From an uncultured Eubacteriales bacterium (GTDB lineage: Bacteria; Bacillota; Clostridia; Monoglobales; Monoglobaceae): a stretch of 64,000 nucleotides of DNA. Positions 38,104 through 47,654 of this stretch are shown in pieces. Location of the stretch: NCBI GenBank assembly GCA_958352815.1, contig CATWQA010000002.1, positions 21,832 to 85,831 of the forward strand, in the 5' to 3' direction. Both the position numbers and the translations under genes were made by a program. Below the pieces are notes generated by a model, which saw nothing but the letters and a program-made list of their open reading frames with translations, was not told the origin of the DNA and searched no databases. Numbering within the stretch: the first letter of the stretch is position 1; the number at the start of each line of letters is the position of its first letter.

Positions 38104-39528
38104 GTGAAAAATGCAATCCTTGAAGTATATTACAACAGCTTTCTGTATGAGATAATCCTCTGGATAACCGGGCGGCTTGTGCCCCGGCTCAAGAGGGATT
38201 TTCTGCGCAGTAAAACCCTGAGAATTATTACCTGGGTGGAAGAACATGTTGTGGGTAACAAATATCTTGAAATATTCTTCAATACCAAAAAGGTAGGTGA
38301 GGCGTGGTACGCAAGCGCCTTTTACAGGTATTCCACCTTCGGCATAAGACACCTTGCCTTTTATATCCCCAGGCTTCGCATAGGGTTCCGCCCCTATTAT
38401 GTGGGTATTTTTCTGCTTTTTGTACTGCTCTTCCCCTCCTCTCTCTGGGATAATGTACTTATGGTTCCCGCATTTTTCTGCCTTTCGGTTCTTTATATTT
38501 GCAAAAACTCAACTCAGAGAACAGGAGTTATTTATATACTGATAAACCTGATTATATTCATGTTCATTGCCATGATGACCATGTCTATTCCCATTGCCGC
38601 CTGCAAGAGCCTGTCATACTTCCTGCTGGCGGTGGATTTGTTCTTTCTCATATCTTTTGCTATTAGGACACAAGAGGATTTGGAAACCATGCTGATGTAC
38701 CTGTTTGTCGCTTTGATGATTTTGTGCGCAGCGGGCGTTGTTCAGGCAAACACCCAAAACTACTTTAACAAGGCGATTACCGGGGTCTACGGGAACTCTG
38801 AGGTGTACGCCGAGATATTAATCATGCTGTTCCCATTTGCCTTTATCTACCCCATAACCCAAAAATCCAAACTGCGCCGCTTGATATATTCCATTGTGGT
38901 TATGACCTTTTCATTCTGGGTTATCACGTCTACTCAGTCAAGGGCGGCGTTTATTGCTTTCTTTGTCGAGCTGATTATAGTTATCGTCTTAATCGACAGG
39001 CGGTATATCCCCATTATACTCTTCCTCGCCCCCACCTTCAGCGGCAGAGTTATTGACAACATCGTTGCCATGTGGCAGAGAGAAAGCACAACGGGAAACT
39101 TCTTCCAGAACATTGTGTCCGCCCTGAGGAATTTCTGGGCAAACGGCTTTGGAGTCAGCACCTCCAACTTTGTTAATATGTATAACTCTACCGCATTGCA
39201 CTACGGTCAGCAGCAGGCTCTTATCAACGTACCCAACTTCCAGGTCAGCGCCATATACTTTAACGTTCTGGTAGACGTAGGAGCGATTGTTATGCTGGGC
39301 TTTATGTATTATATCCTGCGCCTGGCGCATTCGTCAATCACCTGTATGTTCAGAGCGACGTCAAGGCAGAAGCTTATATTCGCGGCAGGTCTGGCAGCTC
39401 TGGTTGCCATATCGGTATCCTCGCTTTTTGAGTCCAACCTGTTTGAGCCAAGGGTTCTCATAATGTATTGGGCTATGCTGGGTCTTTTGCGCTCGGGCAG
39501 AATTATCAGACTCGGAATTTTGGACTAA
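38104..39528 (+). CDS. O-antigen ligase/polymerase-like (Wzy_C) polytopic membrane protein
   Basis: 474 aa with about 10 or more TM segments. TSTQSRAAFIAFFVE resembles the Wzy_C loop. GTG start. Confidence 0.6.
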   Translation: MKNAILEVYYNSFLYEIILWITGRLVPRLKRDFLRSKTLRIITWVEEHVVGNKYLEIFFNTKKVGEAWYASAFYRYSTFGIRHLAFYIPRLRIGFRPYYVGIFLLFVLLFPSSLWDNVLMVPAFFCLSVLYICKNSTQRTGVIYILINLIIFMFIAMMTMSIPIAACKSLSYFLLAVDLFFLISFAIRTQEDLETMLMYLFVALMILCAAGVVQANTQNYFNKAITGVYGNSEVYAEILIMLFPFAFIYPITQKSKLRRLIYSIVVMTFSFWVITSTQSRAAFIAFFVELIIVIVLIDRRYIPIILFLAPTFSGRVIDNIVAMWQRESTTGNFFQNIVSALRNFWANGFGVSTSNFVNMYNSTALHYGQQQALINVPNFQVSAIYFNVLVDVGAIVMLGFMYYILRLAHSSITCMFRATSRQKLIFAAGLAALVAISVSSLFESNLFEPRVLIMYWAMLGLLRSGRIIRLGILD

Positions 39529-39553
39529 ATCCCGACAAATTGTTAAATTTATA

Positions 39554-39582
39554 TTGACGAAATCCGACATTTCTATTATAAT
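39554..39582 (+). promoter_or_regulatory. Sigma-A type promoter
   Basis: TTGACG 39554-39559, 17 nt, TATAAT 39577-39582, upstream of ORF 39676. Confidence 0.5.
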
Positions 39583-39675
39583 AATCTTAGCAGTCTATCG
39601 CAAGCTCCGCTCCCTGCAAGCAAAGAGAGCGCCGCTTCGGTTTAAATAGAACACATAGGCAAAGGAGAAAAGCAT

Positions 39676-40656
39676 ATGAAATCCGAAAAACTATATATAA
39701 AAATGCTCCAGAGTATCAGCTTTAGGTTATTCGCTGTTATCGCCTATATTTTGCTGTTTTTAACTCATCGCCTTTCGGCTTTGAGAATTGATGAGATTGA
39801 AATGGTTGACGTTACGGAGAAATTCAGCATGTCAGGCGTAGCCTTTGGAAAAATAAACAAGTTTTTTGACTACTTTGGGGTTGAACCGGTCTCTGAAATC
39901 ACCGTGCTTTCGGTTATGTCGATTATCATTCTGGCTTTCGGAGTGGCGGTTTTGGCAATGTCACTCTTCGGTTTTAAAAGACTGCAGATTGTCAACTTCT
40001 GCATCTCCTGTGTAGGGACTGCTCTTAACATTGCTCTCGCAATTCTGGTCACAGTATATTCTTCAAATATAAACGGCAGTGAAATTGGAGACATTATGGT
40101 TTTTGAGCCGGTGTACTTTATTCTGTGGGCGGCTCCGGCGTTATTTTTAATCGGCACCCTGTTTATCTATGCCTATGCGAAGATGCCTGCGTACACCCTG
40201 TCAGAGGGCAGGTTTTTCACCACTCTCGGCGCGGCTCTCAATCCCAAATACTTTTTCAGAACCTTTAAGAGCTATGACGATACGGAGGATCTGTTCAGAA
40301 CCAGCGTACCTCTAAAAAAGAAAAAGTACGCCTCAATCAGCAAACCCACGGCTCTGAAAAAGATTAAAAAGCGCAGCAAAAACCGCGGCGGCGAGACTGC
40401 TCCGAATTCAAAAAAGCTATCGCCCCTCGAACTGGCGTTGAATAAACGGGAGCACGCGGAGGCAATAGCCAACAAGACGGCGGATGAGATTAACCGTTCT
40501 CTGTTTAAGAAGCAGGAGCCTCAAGCCAAAAAAGCGGTACATAAGAAAAAGACAAAGAGCAAGACCAAAAAAGCAAGTCACAGCGCTCTGGATATTGCAA
40601 AACAAAGGGCTGTTCACGCCGAAGAGGTCGCAAATATAAATAATGAACTGTATTGA
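39676..40656 (+). CDS. Hypothetical polytopic membrane protein with a Lys-rich cytoplasmic tail
   Basis: 326 aa with about five TM segments. The KKKK-rich tail contains two copies of a K/R-R-x-x-HAE-x-x-AN motif. Confidence 0.55.
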   Translation: MKSEKLYIKMLQSISFRLFAVIAYILLFLTHRLSALRIDEIEMVDVTEKFSMSGVAFGKINKFFDYFGVEPVSEITVLSVMSIIILAFGVAVLAMSLFGFKRLQIVNFCISCVGTALNIALAILVTVYSSNINGSEIGDIMVFEPVYFILWAAPALFLIGTLFIYAYAKMPAYTLSEGRFFTTLGAALNPKYFFRTFKSYDDTEDLFRTSVPLKKKKYASISKPTALKKIKKRSKNRGGETAPNSKKLSPLELALNKREHAEAIANKTADEINRSLFKKQEPQAKKAVHKKKTKSKTKKASHSALDIAKQRAVHAEEVANINNELY

Positions 40657-40757
40657 TTGTGCGCCTGCTCCGCAGGCGCATTTTCTATCTTTGCAAAAGG
40701 CAGATAGCGAGCGCTTAATCCGCTTGCAGATATTTGCCGTATTTTATATAAATTTAT

Positions 40758-40945
40758 ATTTTGATAAAGGCTTTGCCTTTGAAACCATTGCCGAGCCCAT
40801 ATTCCGCCCTCGTCAGCAACAACTCAGTTTTATTATTGACATTGCCTACTTTGTACAAATTGGAATACTGCGAGCCGGCCAACTTCAAAGAAGTTGGGTC
40901 ACACCCAAGCCGCGGCGGCAATGTCGCCAAAGCCTTTATCAAAAT
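40758..40945 (+). repeat. Module F copy 2, interrupted by E
   Basis: Left half 40758-40810 and right half 40904-40945 match copy 3. The 93-bp E sits at the centre. Confidence 0.85.
40811..40903 (+). mobile_element. Module E copy 3 (93 bp), nested at the apex of F
   Basis: cgtcagcaacaactcagttttattattgacattgcctactttgtacaaattggaatactgcgagccggccaacttcaaagaagttgggtcaca. Confidence 0.8.
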
Positions 40946-40960
40946 TATAAGCGGCGATAT

Positions 40961-41060
40961 TACATATCTGGGGGTTTGGGGCGAAGCCCCAATCGGTTTC
41001 CCCGAAGGGGAAAAACCGACACCGCCCGGGTCCGGCGGGCGGAACCGGGCTAGGCGGCGG
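40961..41060 (+). repeat. Module A copy 4 (full length, with attacatat head and ggaaccgggctaggcggcgg tail)
   Basis: tacatatctgggggTTTGGGGCgaaGCCCCAAtcGGTTTCCCCgaaGGGGAAAAACCgacaCCGCCCGGgtCCGGCGGGCGGaaccgggctaggcggcgg. Confidence 0.85.
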
Positions 41061-41262
41061 TTAATTGTCAAATTTAAATATAATTATATGGGTATGATAT
41101 AAAAGTAAAATTTAAATCTTTACGTGGTCTACGAACATTGTAGGAGGTTAGCACAGGATTTAAAATACGCTCAATATCATCAATTGTATAAATCATGCAT
41201 AGCACCTCATTCCGTAAAATTTGTGAATTTCATTCTATTGTTTTTAATTGACAAATCAAATA

Positions 41263-41628
41263 TCATCTGTTTTTTGCTTTAATTTGCTCTTCGAAATTGA
41301 CTAATTGAGAAACTAAAATATTCGGGCTTTCGATATACTTTTCATCATCAAATATCAATTCATTCCATAAGTCGTGCAATAGTCCCGCACTATAAGAATT
41401 ATCGCAAAATTGATAGGCAGCATAAACATTGCTGACAAGCGCTTTCATTACCTTCTCATCAGATAAATCTTCATTTTGCGCCTTGTCAATCGCAAAATGA
41501 ATAAGCGTTGCACAACGTTCTTCCCGCTGCTTTAAATATTCTCGTTCTCTTAATGAATTACCTATCAAAAAAGATATAACAACAGCTAAAATACACACAA
41601 CGGAAATAATTAATTTGGGAGTTTTCAT
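41263..41628 (-). CDS. Hypothetical small membrane-anchored protein
   Basis: 121 aa with an N-terminal TM (LIISVVCILAVVISFLIG). It lies in a visibly AT-rich segment. Confidence 0.5.
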   Translation of the reverse strand: MKTPKLIISVVCILAVVISFLIGNSLREREYLKQREERCATLIHFAIDKAQNEDLSDEKVMKALVSNVYAAYQFCDNSYSAGLLHDLWNELIFDDEKYIESPNILVSQLVNFEEQIKAKNR

Positions 41629-41657
41629 TCTATATCATCTCCATAAACTTACTACTA

Positions 41658-41687
41658 TAGAAAAAGGCTATGTATAACACAGCCCTT
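41658..41687 (-). terminator. Candidate terminator after mgsA
   Basis: Minus strand AAGGGCU-guguuauacau-AGCCUUU followed by UUCUAU. Confidence 0.4.
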
Positions 41688-41694
41688 CTAATTA

Positions 41695-42105
41695 CTATAC
41701 TATTCTTTTTGAGTTTACGTATTCTCTCCAGTCAAGGTCACCGTTTTCAATTCCCATAATAAGCAACTCCGCCGTGGCGATATTTGTCGCCAGGGGCACG
41801 TTATGCACGTCGCACAGCCTATACAGGGAATCAATGTTAGGCTCATACTTCTGCTGGGTCAGAGGATCTCTGAAAAACAGTACTGCGTCAATCTCATTAT
41901 AGGCAATTCTTGCCCCGATTTGCTGATCGCCGCCGTCAACTCCGGGCAAAAAGCATTTAATCGGTAAGCCTGTCGCATCCGCCACTACCGCTCCCGTAGT
42001 GCCGGTAGCGCAAATATTGTGTTTCTTTAATATGGCACTGTACGAAATACAAAAATCAACCATCAGATCCTTTTTCTTATCATGTGCAATAAGCGCAATA
42101 TTCAT
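41695..42105 (-). CDS. mgsA: Methylglyoxal synthase
   Basis: [12 protein letters not shown]...ATGTTG...[10 protein letters not shown] 42103-42105 has AGGAGG upstream. The track ORF extends to 42183, but that extension looks spurious. Confidence 0.9.
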   Translation of the reverse strand: MNIALIAHDKKKDLMVDFCISYSAILKKHNICATGTTGAVVADATGLPIKCFLPGVDGGDQQIGARIAYNEIDAVLFFRDPLTQQKYEPNIDSLYRLCDVHNVPLATNIATAELLIMGIENGDLDWREYVNSKRIV

Positions 42106-42413
42106 TTCCTTTCGCCTCCTATTTTTTCGCTTATAAATGCTGATACTCCCTGCGGCAACAAAACCGAAACACATATACCACAAACCAAACTACTGTTTTA
42201 TTTACCGCAAATTTCGCCAAATCCCCGTCTTAAATTTGATTGTTTAAAATTGTCAAACTCTCAACAAAATAAACTATACCACAAGTTTCACAAAATGTAA
42301 AGCCTTTTTTTTGAGAAATTATTAAAAATATTTAACTTTCTTCAAATATTTTATAATTACAAAAATAATGTCAAAATTTCTGTAATACTACTCAGTAATA
42401 TTGCTATCATCTG

Positions 42414-44432
42414 CTAATCTCTCGCATCCAAGTATGCTTCAAATATGTCTCTGCCGACCTGTGCCGCATATGAACTCTTTGCGCCGTGCTCTATAACAAC
42501 GGCGACAACAATTTCCGGATTATCAAATGGTGCAAATCCCGTAAACAGAACGTTGTCGGCTCCGTCGGAAACCTGGGCGGTTCCCGTCTTTCCGCCCGCC
42601 TTTATTCCGCTGCCCGAGAACACCGACGCCGCCGTTCCCTCTGTGAGCACGAGACCCATACCTTTCTTAACCGCCTCTACATTTTCGGGTTTAATAGGGT
42701 TGTCGCTCAGCACCTCGGGGGTGTTTTCCATAACCGTCTCTTTTGTATCGTAATCCTTAACGCTCTTGACCAGGTGCAGCCTATACCTCTTGCCCTCGTT
42801 CAGGAGGGTGCTGATATAGCTTGCTATCTGAGCCGGGGTGAACAGATGGTCGGACTGTCCTATTGCCGCCTGGAGCACATCTCCCGGCTGCCATTCTCCG
42901 CCCCGCTCTTCTCTCTCCTCAGGGGACGCCACAACACCTGTGCTCTCGGGAAGCTCCAGACCTGTTGCCTCTCCGAGACCTAATTTCCTGCTATAATCCA
43001 CCATGGTGTCAATTCCCATTTTTCTGCCTATGTCATAAAAGAAATAGTTACAGGAAACGCCTATTGCCTCTGAAACATCAATTGTTCCGTGAGTTGCGCC
43101 CGACGATGAGTAAACAAGGCAGGTGGGCTGATAGTCGGAGTAGTAGGTGTACTTTCCTCTGTCGGTAATATAGGTATCCGTGTCTATTGTCCCGCTCTCC
43201 AAACCCGCAATCGCCGTCATCGGCTTGTAGGTGGAGCCGGGCTCATAGAGACCGTTTATAACTCGGTTAATCAGGGGCTTGGCCTTGGACTTAAGCAGCT
43301 CGTCATAGTTCTCGTTAAACTCCTCCGGGTCATATGAGGGATAAGACGCCATAGCAAGCACTTCGCCTGTGTGTGGGTCAACGGCAATTGCAGCCCCCGC
43401 ACCCTCTGAGCCTACTGCCTCGCTGATACACTTTTTCAAGGAATTCTCCGCCGCTTCCTGAACCCTAAGGTCTAAAGTCAGCTCCGCGTAGTTTCCCGCC
43501 TCCGGGGCCTTAGAGGCAACCTCCTCGTCATACCTGCCGTCCGCCGTCAGTCTGACTTTTTCATAGCCGTCGGTTCCCTTGAGATAGGGTTCAAGCACCG
43601 CTTCAAGACCGTCCTTGCCGATTACGTCATTCATACCGTAACCGTCGTCTTTAAGCTGCTCGTATTCCTCCGCGTATATTATTCCCGTTCTGCCCAATAT
43701 ATGAGCCGCGGTGGTTCCGTTGGCATACTCCCTTATGGTGTCCGCAATAATATCCGCAAAGCCCGACGTCGCATACTTCTCCTTAACCCTCTGGACAACT
43801 ATGTCGCTGACGTCCGTGGCGAGGATAAATGAATTTGCCGAACCGAAATCCTTTTGCTCCATTTCATAGCGCACAGCCATTATGTCGTACTTATCTTGCT
43901 CGTCGAACTTATCTAAAATTCCGTATTTATCTTCAAAGTATCCCGCAATTTCACGGAGGGTTCCGTACTCGGTCAGTCCGTTTTCCGCCTCCCATTTTGC
44001 GATCAGGTCGCCCTCCTCTGCTCCGCTATCCGCCTCGGACTTGCCGAAATCATAGTCAGGCTGCTTTTCTTCACTGTTATACACAATAGGAAAGGTTGTA
44101 ATATACTCGTTGTCATTTTCTCTGAGAAGCCGTACCAATTCGATTATGTTGTCATTCAGTTCCTCGTCAGACAAATCAACGTCGGACAGCTGTATACTGT
44201 AGCCAACCCTATTTTCAACAATAGGATTGCCGTTGCGGTCGAACATCTCACCTCTGGGAGCTTTTACCGTGTAGGTTCTTACAGAGTTGCTGTCCGCCCT
44301 GAGCCTATAGCTCTCCCCGTTGACAATCTGCAAATCATAAAGCCTGATTGAGCATACAACTGCCAAAATCGCCACTATAACGCCGATAACCAACGCCCGT
44401 TTTGTTGTATCATTAAATTCCATAGGTATCAC
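42414..44432 (-). CDS. mrdA: Penicillin-binding protein 2 (elongasome transpeptidase)
   Basis: 672 aa with an N-terminal TM, then STYKP (SxxK) and KTGTAQ (KTG) motifs. It lies downstream of mreBCD. Confidence 0.9.
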   Translation of the reverse strand: MIPMEFNDTTKRALVIGVIVAILAVVCSIRLYDLQIVNGESYRLRADSNSVRTYTVKAPRGEMFDRNGNPIVENRVGYSIQLSDVDLSDEELNDNIIELVRLLRENDNEYITTFPIVYNSEEKQPDYDFGKSEADSGAEEGDLIAKWEAENGLTEYGTLREIAGYFEDKYGILDKFDEQDKYDIMAVRYEMEQKDFGSANSFILATDVSDIVVQRVKEKYATSGFADIIADTIREYANGTTAAHILGRTGIIYAEEYEQLKDDGYGMNDVIGKDGLEAVLEPYLKGTDGYEKVRLTADGRYDEEVASKAPEAGNYAELTLDLRVQEAAENSLKKCISEAVGSEGAGAAIAVDPHTGEVLAMASYPSYDPEEFNENYDELLKSKAKPLINRVINGLYEPGSTYKPMTAIAGLESGTIDTDTYITDRGKYTYYSDYQPTCLVYSSSGATHGTIDVSEAIGVSCNYFFYDIGRKMGIDTMVDYSRKLGLGEATGLELPESTGVVASPEEREERGGEWQPGDVLQAAIGQSDHLFTPAQIASYISTLLNEGKRYRLHLVKSVKDYDTKETVMENTPEVLSDNPIKPENVEAVKKGMGLVLTEGTAASVFSGSGIKAGGKTGTAQVSDGADNVLFTGFAPFDNPEIVVAVVIEHGAKSSYAAQVGRDIFEAYLDARD

Positions 44433-44935
44433 CTAAAGTTCTTTGTATTTTGTATTTTCATCAATCCGAGAGTCCGCTTGAAACACCACTCCACCGGCAG
44501 GATAAGTACTGCGTTTAAAGCAGCCCCAACAAGAAATATGCGCAACGCCGCAAGAGGGGCTATGCCATCGCCCGCCACGGAATAGGGCACAAGGTACACC
44601 AGGCTGCATATAACCGCCTCGACGGCTCCCATGGACATGAGGACGTAAAACGGCGGCTCGCCGTAAAACCTGTCGCTGAACACTGCGGCAAGGTATCCCG
44701 CCAGAGCAAGGGCTATCATATTTGCCCCAACAAACCGACCCACGCATATATCAAGAGCCAGCCCGAAAATCATGCCCCAAACCGCGCCCTGAACTCTCCC
44801 GCTGTGGAACCCGTTCAGCGCGGCAAAGCACAGAAACAGGTCGGCAGCCACGCCGAACACCCTTAGGGAGCTTATCAAAATCGGCTGCAATATTACTATT
44901 ATCAAAAGCCAGATTATATTGTGGAGCGCCTTCAT
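44429..44935 (-). CDS. mreD: Rod shape-determining protein MreD
   Basis: 168 aa polytopic protein located between mreC and PBP2. Confidence 0.8.
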   Translation of the reverse strand: MKALHNIIWLLIIVILQPILISSLRVFGVAADLFLCFAALNGFHSGRVQGAVWGMIFGLALDICVGRFVGANMIALALAGYLAAVFSDRFYGEPPFYVLMSMGAVEAVICSLVYLVPYSVAGDGIAPLAALRIFLVGAALNAVLILPVEWCFKRTLGLMKIQNTKNFR

Positions 44936-44986
44936 TTACAACACCTCTTTATCAAAACAGGGGCGCCTCCGAAAGGGAGGCCGCCC

Positions 44987-46009
44987 TTACTCTACATTAT
45001 CGCTCTCATTTTCTTCTTCATTCTCGCTGTTATCATCGCTATCATCGCTGTTTTCGTCACTGTTGTCATCGCGGCTGTCTTCTTCCTCAGAGCTTTCTCT
45101 GTCAAGTTCCTCCTGCTTCTTCTCCGCTTCCTCTCTCGCCGCTTTCATGTTGGCGTTTTCCTCGTCTGCAACCACGTCAAAATTATTGGTGATAACAAAC
45201 ACCTGCCGCACGTCTTTAAGGTCAACAGACAAGTCAACCACCGCATATCGGCTCATGGTAGCGGTGTCCTCTTTTATTTCCGCAACCTTTCCCAGCCTGA
45301 GGCCTGAGGGGAATATACCGCCCAATCCCGTTGTGATTATATAGTCCCCCTCCCGAATATCCGTCTCTCGGGTCAGGTAGGACATTTTAAACTGCTTGTT
45401 ATATCTAAGCTCGCTGTCTCCGGCAGACACGCCCAGGTCACGGGAACGCTCCACCATGGTACCGGCGGAAAAGCCCGGGTCGATTACCGTCATAACGTCC
45501 GCCCAGTTATTCCCCACTCTTGAAATCTTACCGATTAAAAATCCATCTGATGATATAACCACCCGGTCTTGCTCAAGACCGCTGTTTCTGCCCTTGTCGA
45601 TTGTGAATCCGGAGAACCAGTTAGACGGCTCGTCCGCCGCCACCGAAGCTGCAACCATGTCCAAATCCGGGTTGTCGTCCCTAAGCTCCAGCATACGCTT
45701 TAACCTGTCATTCTCCTCCATCATCTCGCTGTTCTCGTTAAGCTGCCGCTCGTACTCAGTGTTCTGCCTGGTCAGCTCGTCAACCCGGTTTCGCAGCTCC
45801 TTAATCCTGCCTATGCTGTGGGTCACATCGCTTATCCCGCTGCCTATGTTGCCGAAAAACCTCTGTACGGGGGTTGTTGTTGTCTTAACAGCGTTCTCCA
45901 TGGCAGTGGTTTGGCTGCTGTTTAAACCCATGTATACAGTCAGGGCGATAATCAGCAGAGCACAACCCGAGAGGATTACCGCGACCTTATGTTCACTAAA
46001 AAATTTCAA
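44987..46009 (-). CDS. mreC: Rod shape-determining protein MreC with an acidic C-terminal extension
   Basis: N-terminal TM, coiled coil (LRNRVDELTRQN), and beta domains (GDYIITTGLGGIFPSGLRLGKV). The tail is rich in E/D/S/N. Confidence 0.9.
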   Translation of the reverse strand: MKFFSEHKVAVILSGCALLIIALTVYMGLNSSQTTAMENAVKTTTTPVQRFFGNIGSGISDVTHSIGRIKELRNRVDELTRQNTEYERQLNENSEMMEENDRLKRMLELRDDNPDLDMVAASVAADEPSNWFSGFTIDKGRNSGLEQDRVVISSDGFLIGKISRVGNNWADVMTVIDPGFSAGTMVERSRDLGVSAGDSELRYNKQFKMSYLTRETDIREGDYIITTGLGGIFPSGLRLGKVAEIKEDTATMSRYAVVDLSVDLKDVRQVFVITNNFDVVADEENANMKAAREEAEKKQEELDRESSEEEDSRDDNSDENSDDSDDNSENEEENESDNVE

Positions 46010-46024
46010 TCAAAACACCGTCCA

Positions 46025-47041
46025 TCAATAATTCTTCTTTCTTGCCGCCTGGGTCAGCATATTCTTAAACCCGCCGGTCTCATTAAGCGCCATTCCTGCG
46101 CCTATAGCCACGCAGCACACCGAGTCCTCCGCCTGATACACCTTTATGCCCGTGTTACTTTTAATCAGCTTCCCCAAGCCTCTCAGGTTCGCCCCGCCTC
46201 CGGTCAGGATTATTCCCGTCTCCAGCAGGTCGGAGGACAGCTCCGGCGGAGTCTCCTCCAGCACGCACCGCACATTTTCGACTATTGCGGCAACGTCCTC
46301 CCTTATGGCGGAGTTGACCTCGTTGGCGCTTATTGTTACTGTCTTGGGCACGCCGCTGTACATATCCTTGCCCTTAACCTCCACAACTTCGGCAGCTACC
46401 CCCGAAACAGCGGAAGCCAGCCTCATCTTCACCTTCTCCGCCGCAGACTCTGCAATCTCAACATTATGCTTCTTTTTTATATACTGAACAATGTCCCTGT
46501 CAAGCGCATTTCCCGCAACCTTAATGCTCCGCGACACAACCACGCCCCCCAGAGACACAACGGCGGTCTCGGTGGTGCCTGCGCCCACGTCTACTATAAC
46601 GTATCCCTTAGGCTCGTTCACGTCAACTCCCGCGCCGATTGCTCCGGCAAGAGGCGACTCTATCAGAAACACTTCCTTTGCACCCGCTGAAATTATTACC
46701 TCTTCAACAGCTCGTTTTTCCACATCGCCTATTCCGGAAGGAACGCTTACGGCAGCCCGAACTTTTGAAAAAACATTGCTGAAGCTTCCCTCCAGCAGCT
46801 TTTTCACCAAGCCCACAGCCACGTCAAAATGGGTAATTCCCCCGTCCTTTACAGGGCGCTGAACCGACACGTCTTCACCGGTCTTCCCCAGCATTTCCAG
46901 AGCCTCCGCTCCCGCGGCGATAACCTCTCCCGCTTGATTTACGGCAACCACGGTGGGCTGGTTTACCATAACCTTGCCGTCGCCGCCGTTATATATTTGA
47001 ACGCTGCTTGTTCCTATGTCAATGCCCAAATTAATTGCCAT
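46025..47041 (-). CDS. mreB: Rod shape-determining protein MreB
   Basis: 338 aa actin-like protein: GIDIGTSSV...DVGAGTTE...LTGGGANLRGL. Confidence 0.96.
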   Translation of the reverse strand: MAINLGIDIGTSSVQIYNGGDGKVMVNQPTVVAVNQAGEVIAAGAEALEMLGKTGEDVSVQRPVKDGGITHFDVAVGLVKKLLEGSFSNVFSKVRAAVSVPSGIGDVEKRAVEEVIISAGAKEVFLIESPLAGAIGAGVDVNEPKGYVIVDVGAGTTETAVVSLGGVVVSRSIKVAGNALDRDIVQYIKKKHNVEIAESAAEKVKMRLASAVSGVAAEVVEVKGKDMYSGVPKTVTISANEVNSAIREDVAAIVENVRCVLEETPPELSSDLLETGIILTGGGANLRGLGKLIKSNTGIKVYQAEDSVCCVAIGAGMALNETGGFKNMLTQAARKKNY

Positions 47042-47053
47042 GTCCGCACCTCC

Positions 47054-47644
47054 CTATATTACCGTGTCAACGCCGAACCGGTCTCTCAAAATCCCTGCCA
47101 GCCTGCTGACGGGCAAGCCGACTACGTTAAAGTAATCCCCGTTTATTTTTTCAACCAGCATTGCGCCCAAGTCCTGTATTCCGTAGGCTCCCGCCTTGTC
47201 CATGGGCTCGCCGGAACTGACGTACTTCTCTATTTGCCTCTCGGTCAAATTAACAAACTCGACCTCAGTTTCCACGTAATCACTAACTCTCTCTCCCGAG
47301 GTCGTTTCGATCACCGACACTCCGGTATAAACCTTGTGGGTTCTGCCCGAAAGCAGCGTGAGCATTATTTTGGCGTCCCCTTCGTCCACGGGCTTACCCA
47401 GGATTTTCCCGTCAATTGCCACCACCGTGTCCGCCCCTATAACTATACAATCATCATAAGGAGCTCTTTTTGCCACATTCAACGCCTTTTCCGAGGACAG
47501 GCGCTTAACGGTATCTTGGGGCAGCTCGTTTTCAAAAACCTGCTCCGCCCCGTCCGACGTGATTATTTCAAAATCCAATCCCATATTTTGAAGCAGCTCT
47601 CTCCGCCTGGGAGAAGCTGACGCTAATACAATTTTTTTATCCAA
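47054..47644 (-). CDS. maf: Maf-family nucleoside triphosphate pyrophosphatase
   Basis: LASASPRRRELL and GKP...KAGAYGIQ motifs. I prefer TTG 47642-47644 (GAGG 8 nt upstream). The track start 47761 would overlap the upstream gene by about 100 nt. Confidence 0.85.
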   Translation of the reverse strand: MDKKIVLASASPRRRELLQNMGLDFEIITSDGAEQVFENELPQDTVKRLSSEKALNVAKRAPYDDCIVIGADTVVAIDGKILGKPVDEGDAKIMLTLLSGRTHKVYTGVSVIETTSGERVSDYVETEVEFVNLTERQIEKYVSSGEPMDKAGAYGIQDLGAMLVEKINGDYFNVVGLPVSRLAGILRDRFGVDTVI

Positions 47645-47654
47645 ACTCAAAACC

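Noticed and set aside
40877-40903. The right-end hairpin of module E (GTCCAAC...GTTGGGT) could be an integron attC-like site.
   Set aside because: The two heptamers fit RYYYAAC / GTTRRRY, but the structure is only ~26 nt with no L'/L'' boxes or extrahelical bases. No integrase or cassette organisation is nearby. The resemblance is probably coincidental.
40761-41102. ORFs in the six-frame track that lie inside repeat modules. Examples: 40761-41102, 40643-41053, 62706-63266 (N-terminus MIKALPFKPLP...), 31944-32240, 31981-32247, 51042-51257, 51076-51300, 2200-2412, 3484-3669 and 3594-4139.
   Set aside because: Their similar N-termini come from translating the palindromic F, A, B and C modules in either direction. 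They have no RBS and run across several unrelated modules or antisense into real genes. They are artefacts, not a gene family.
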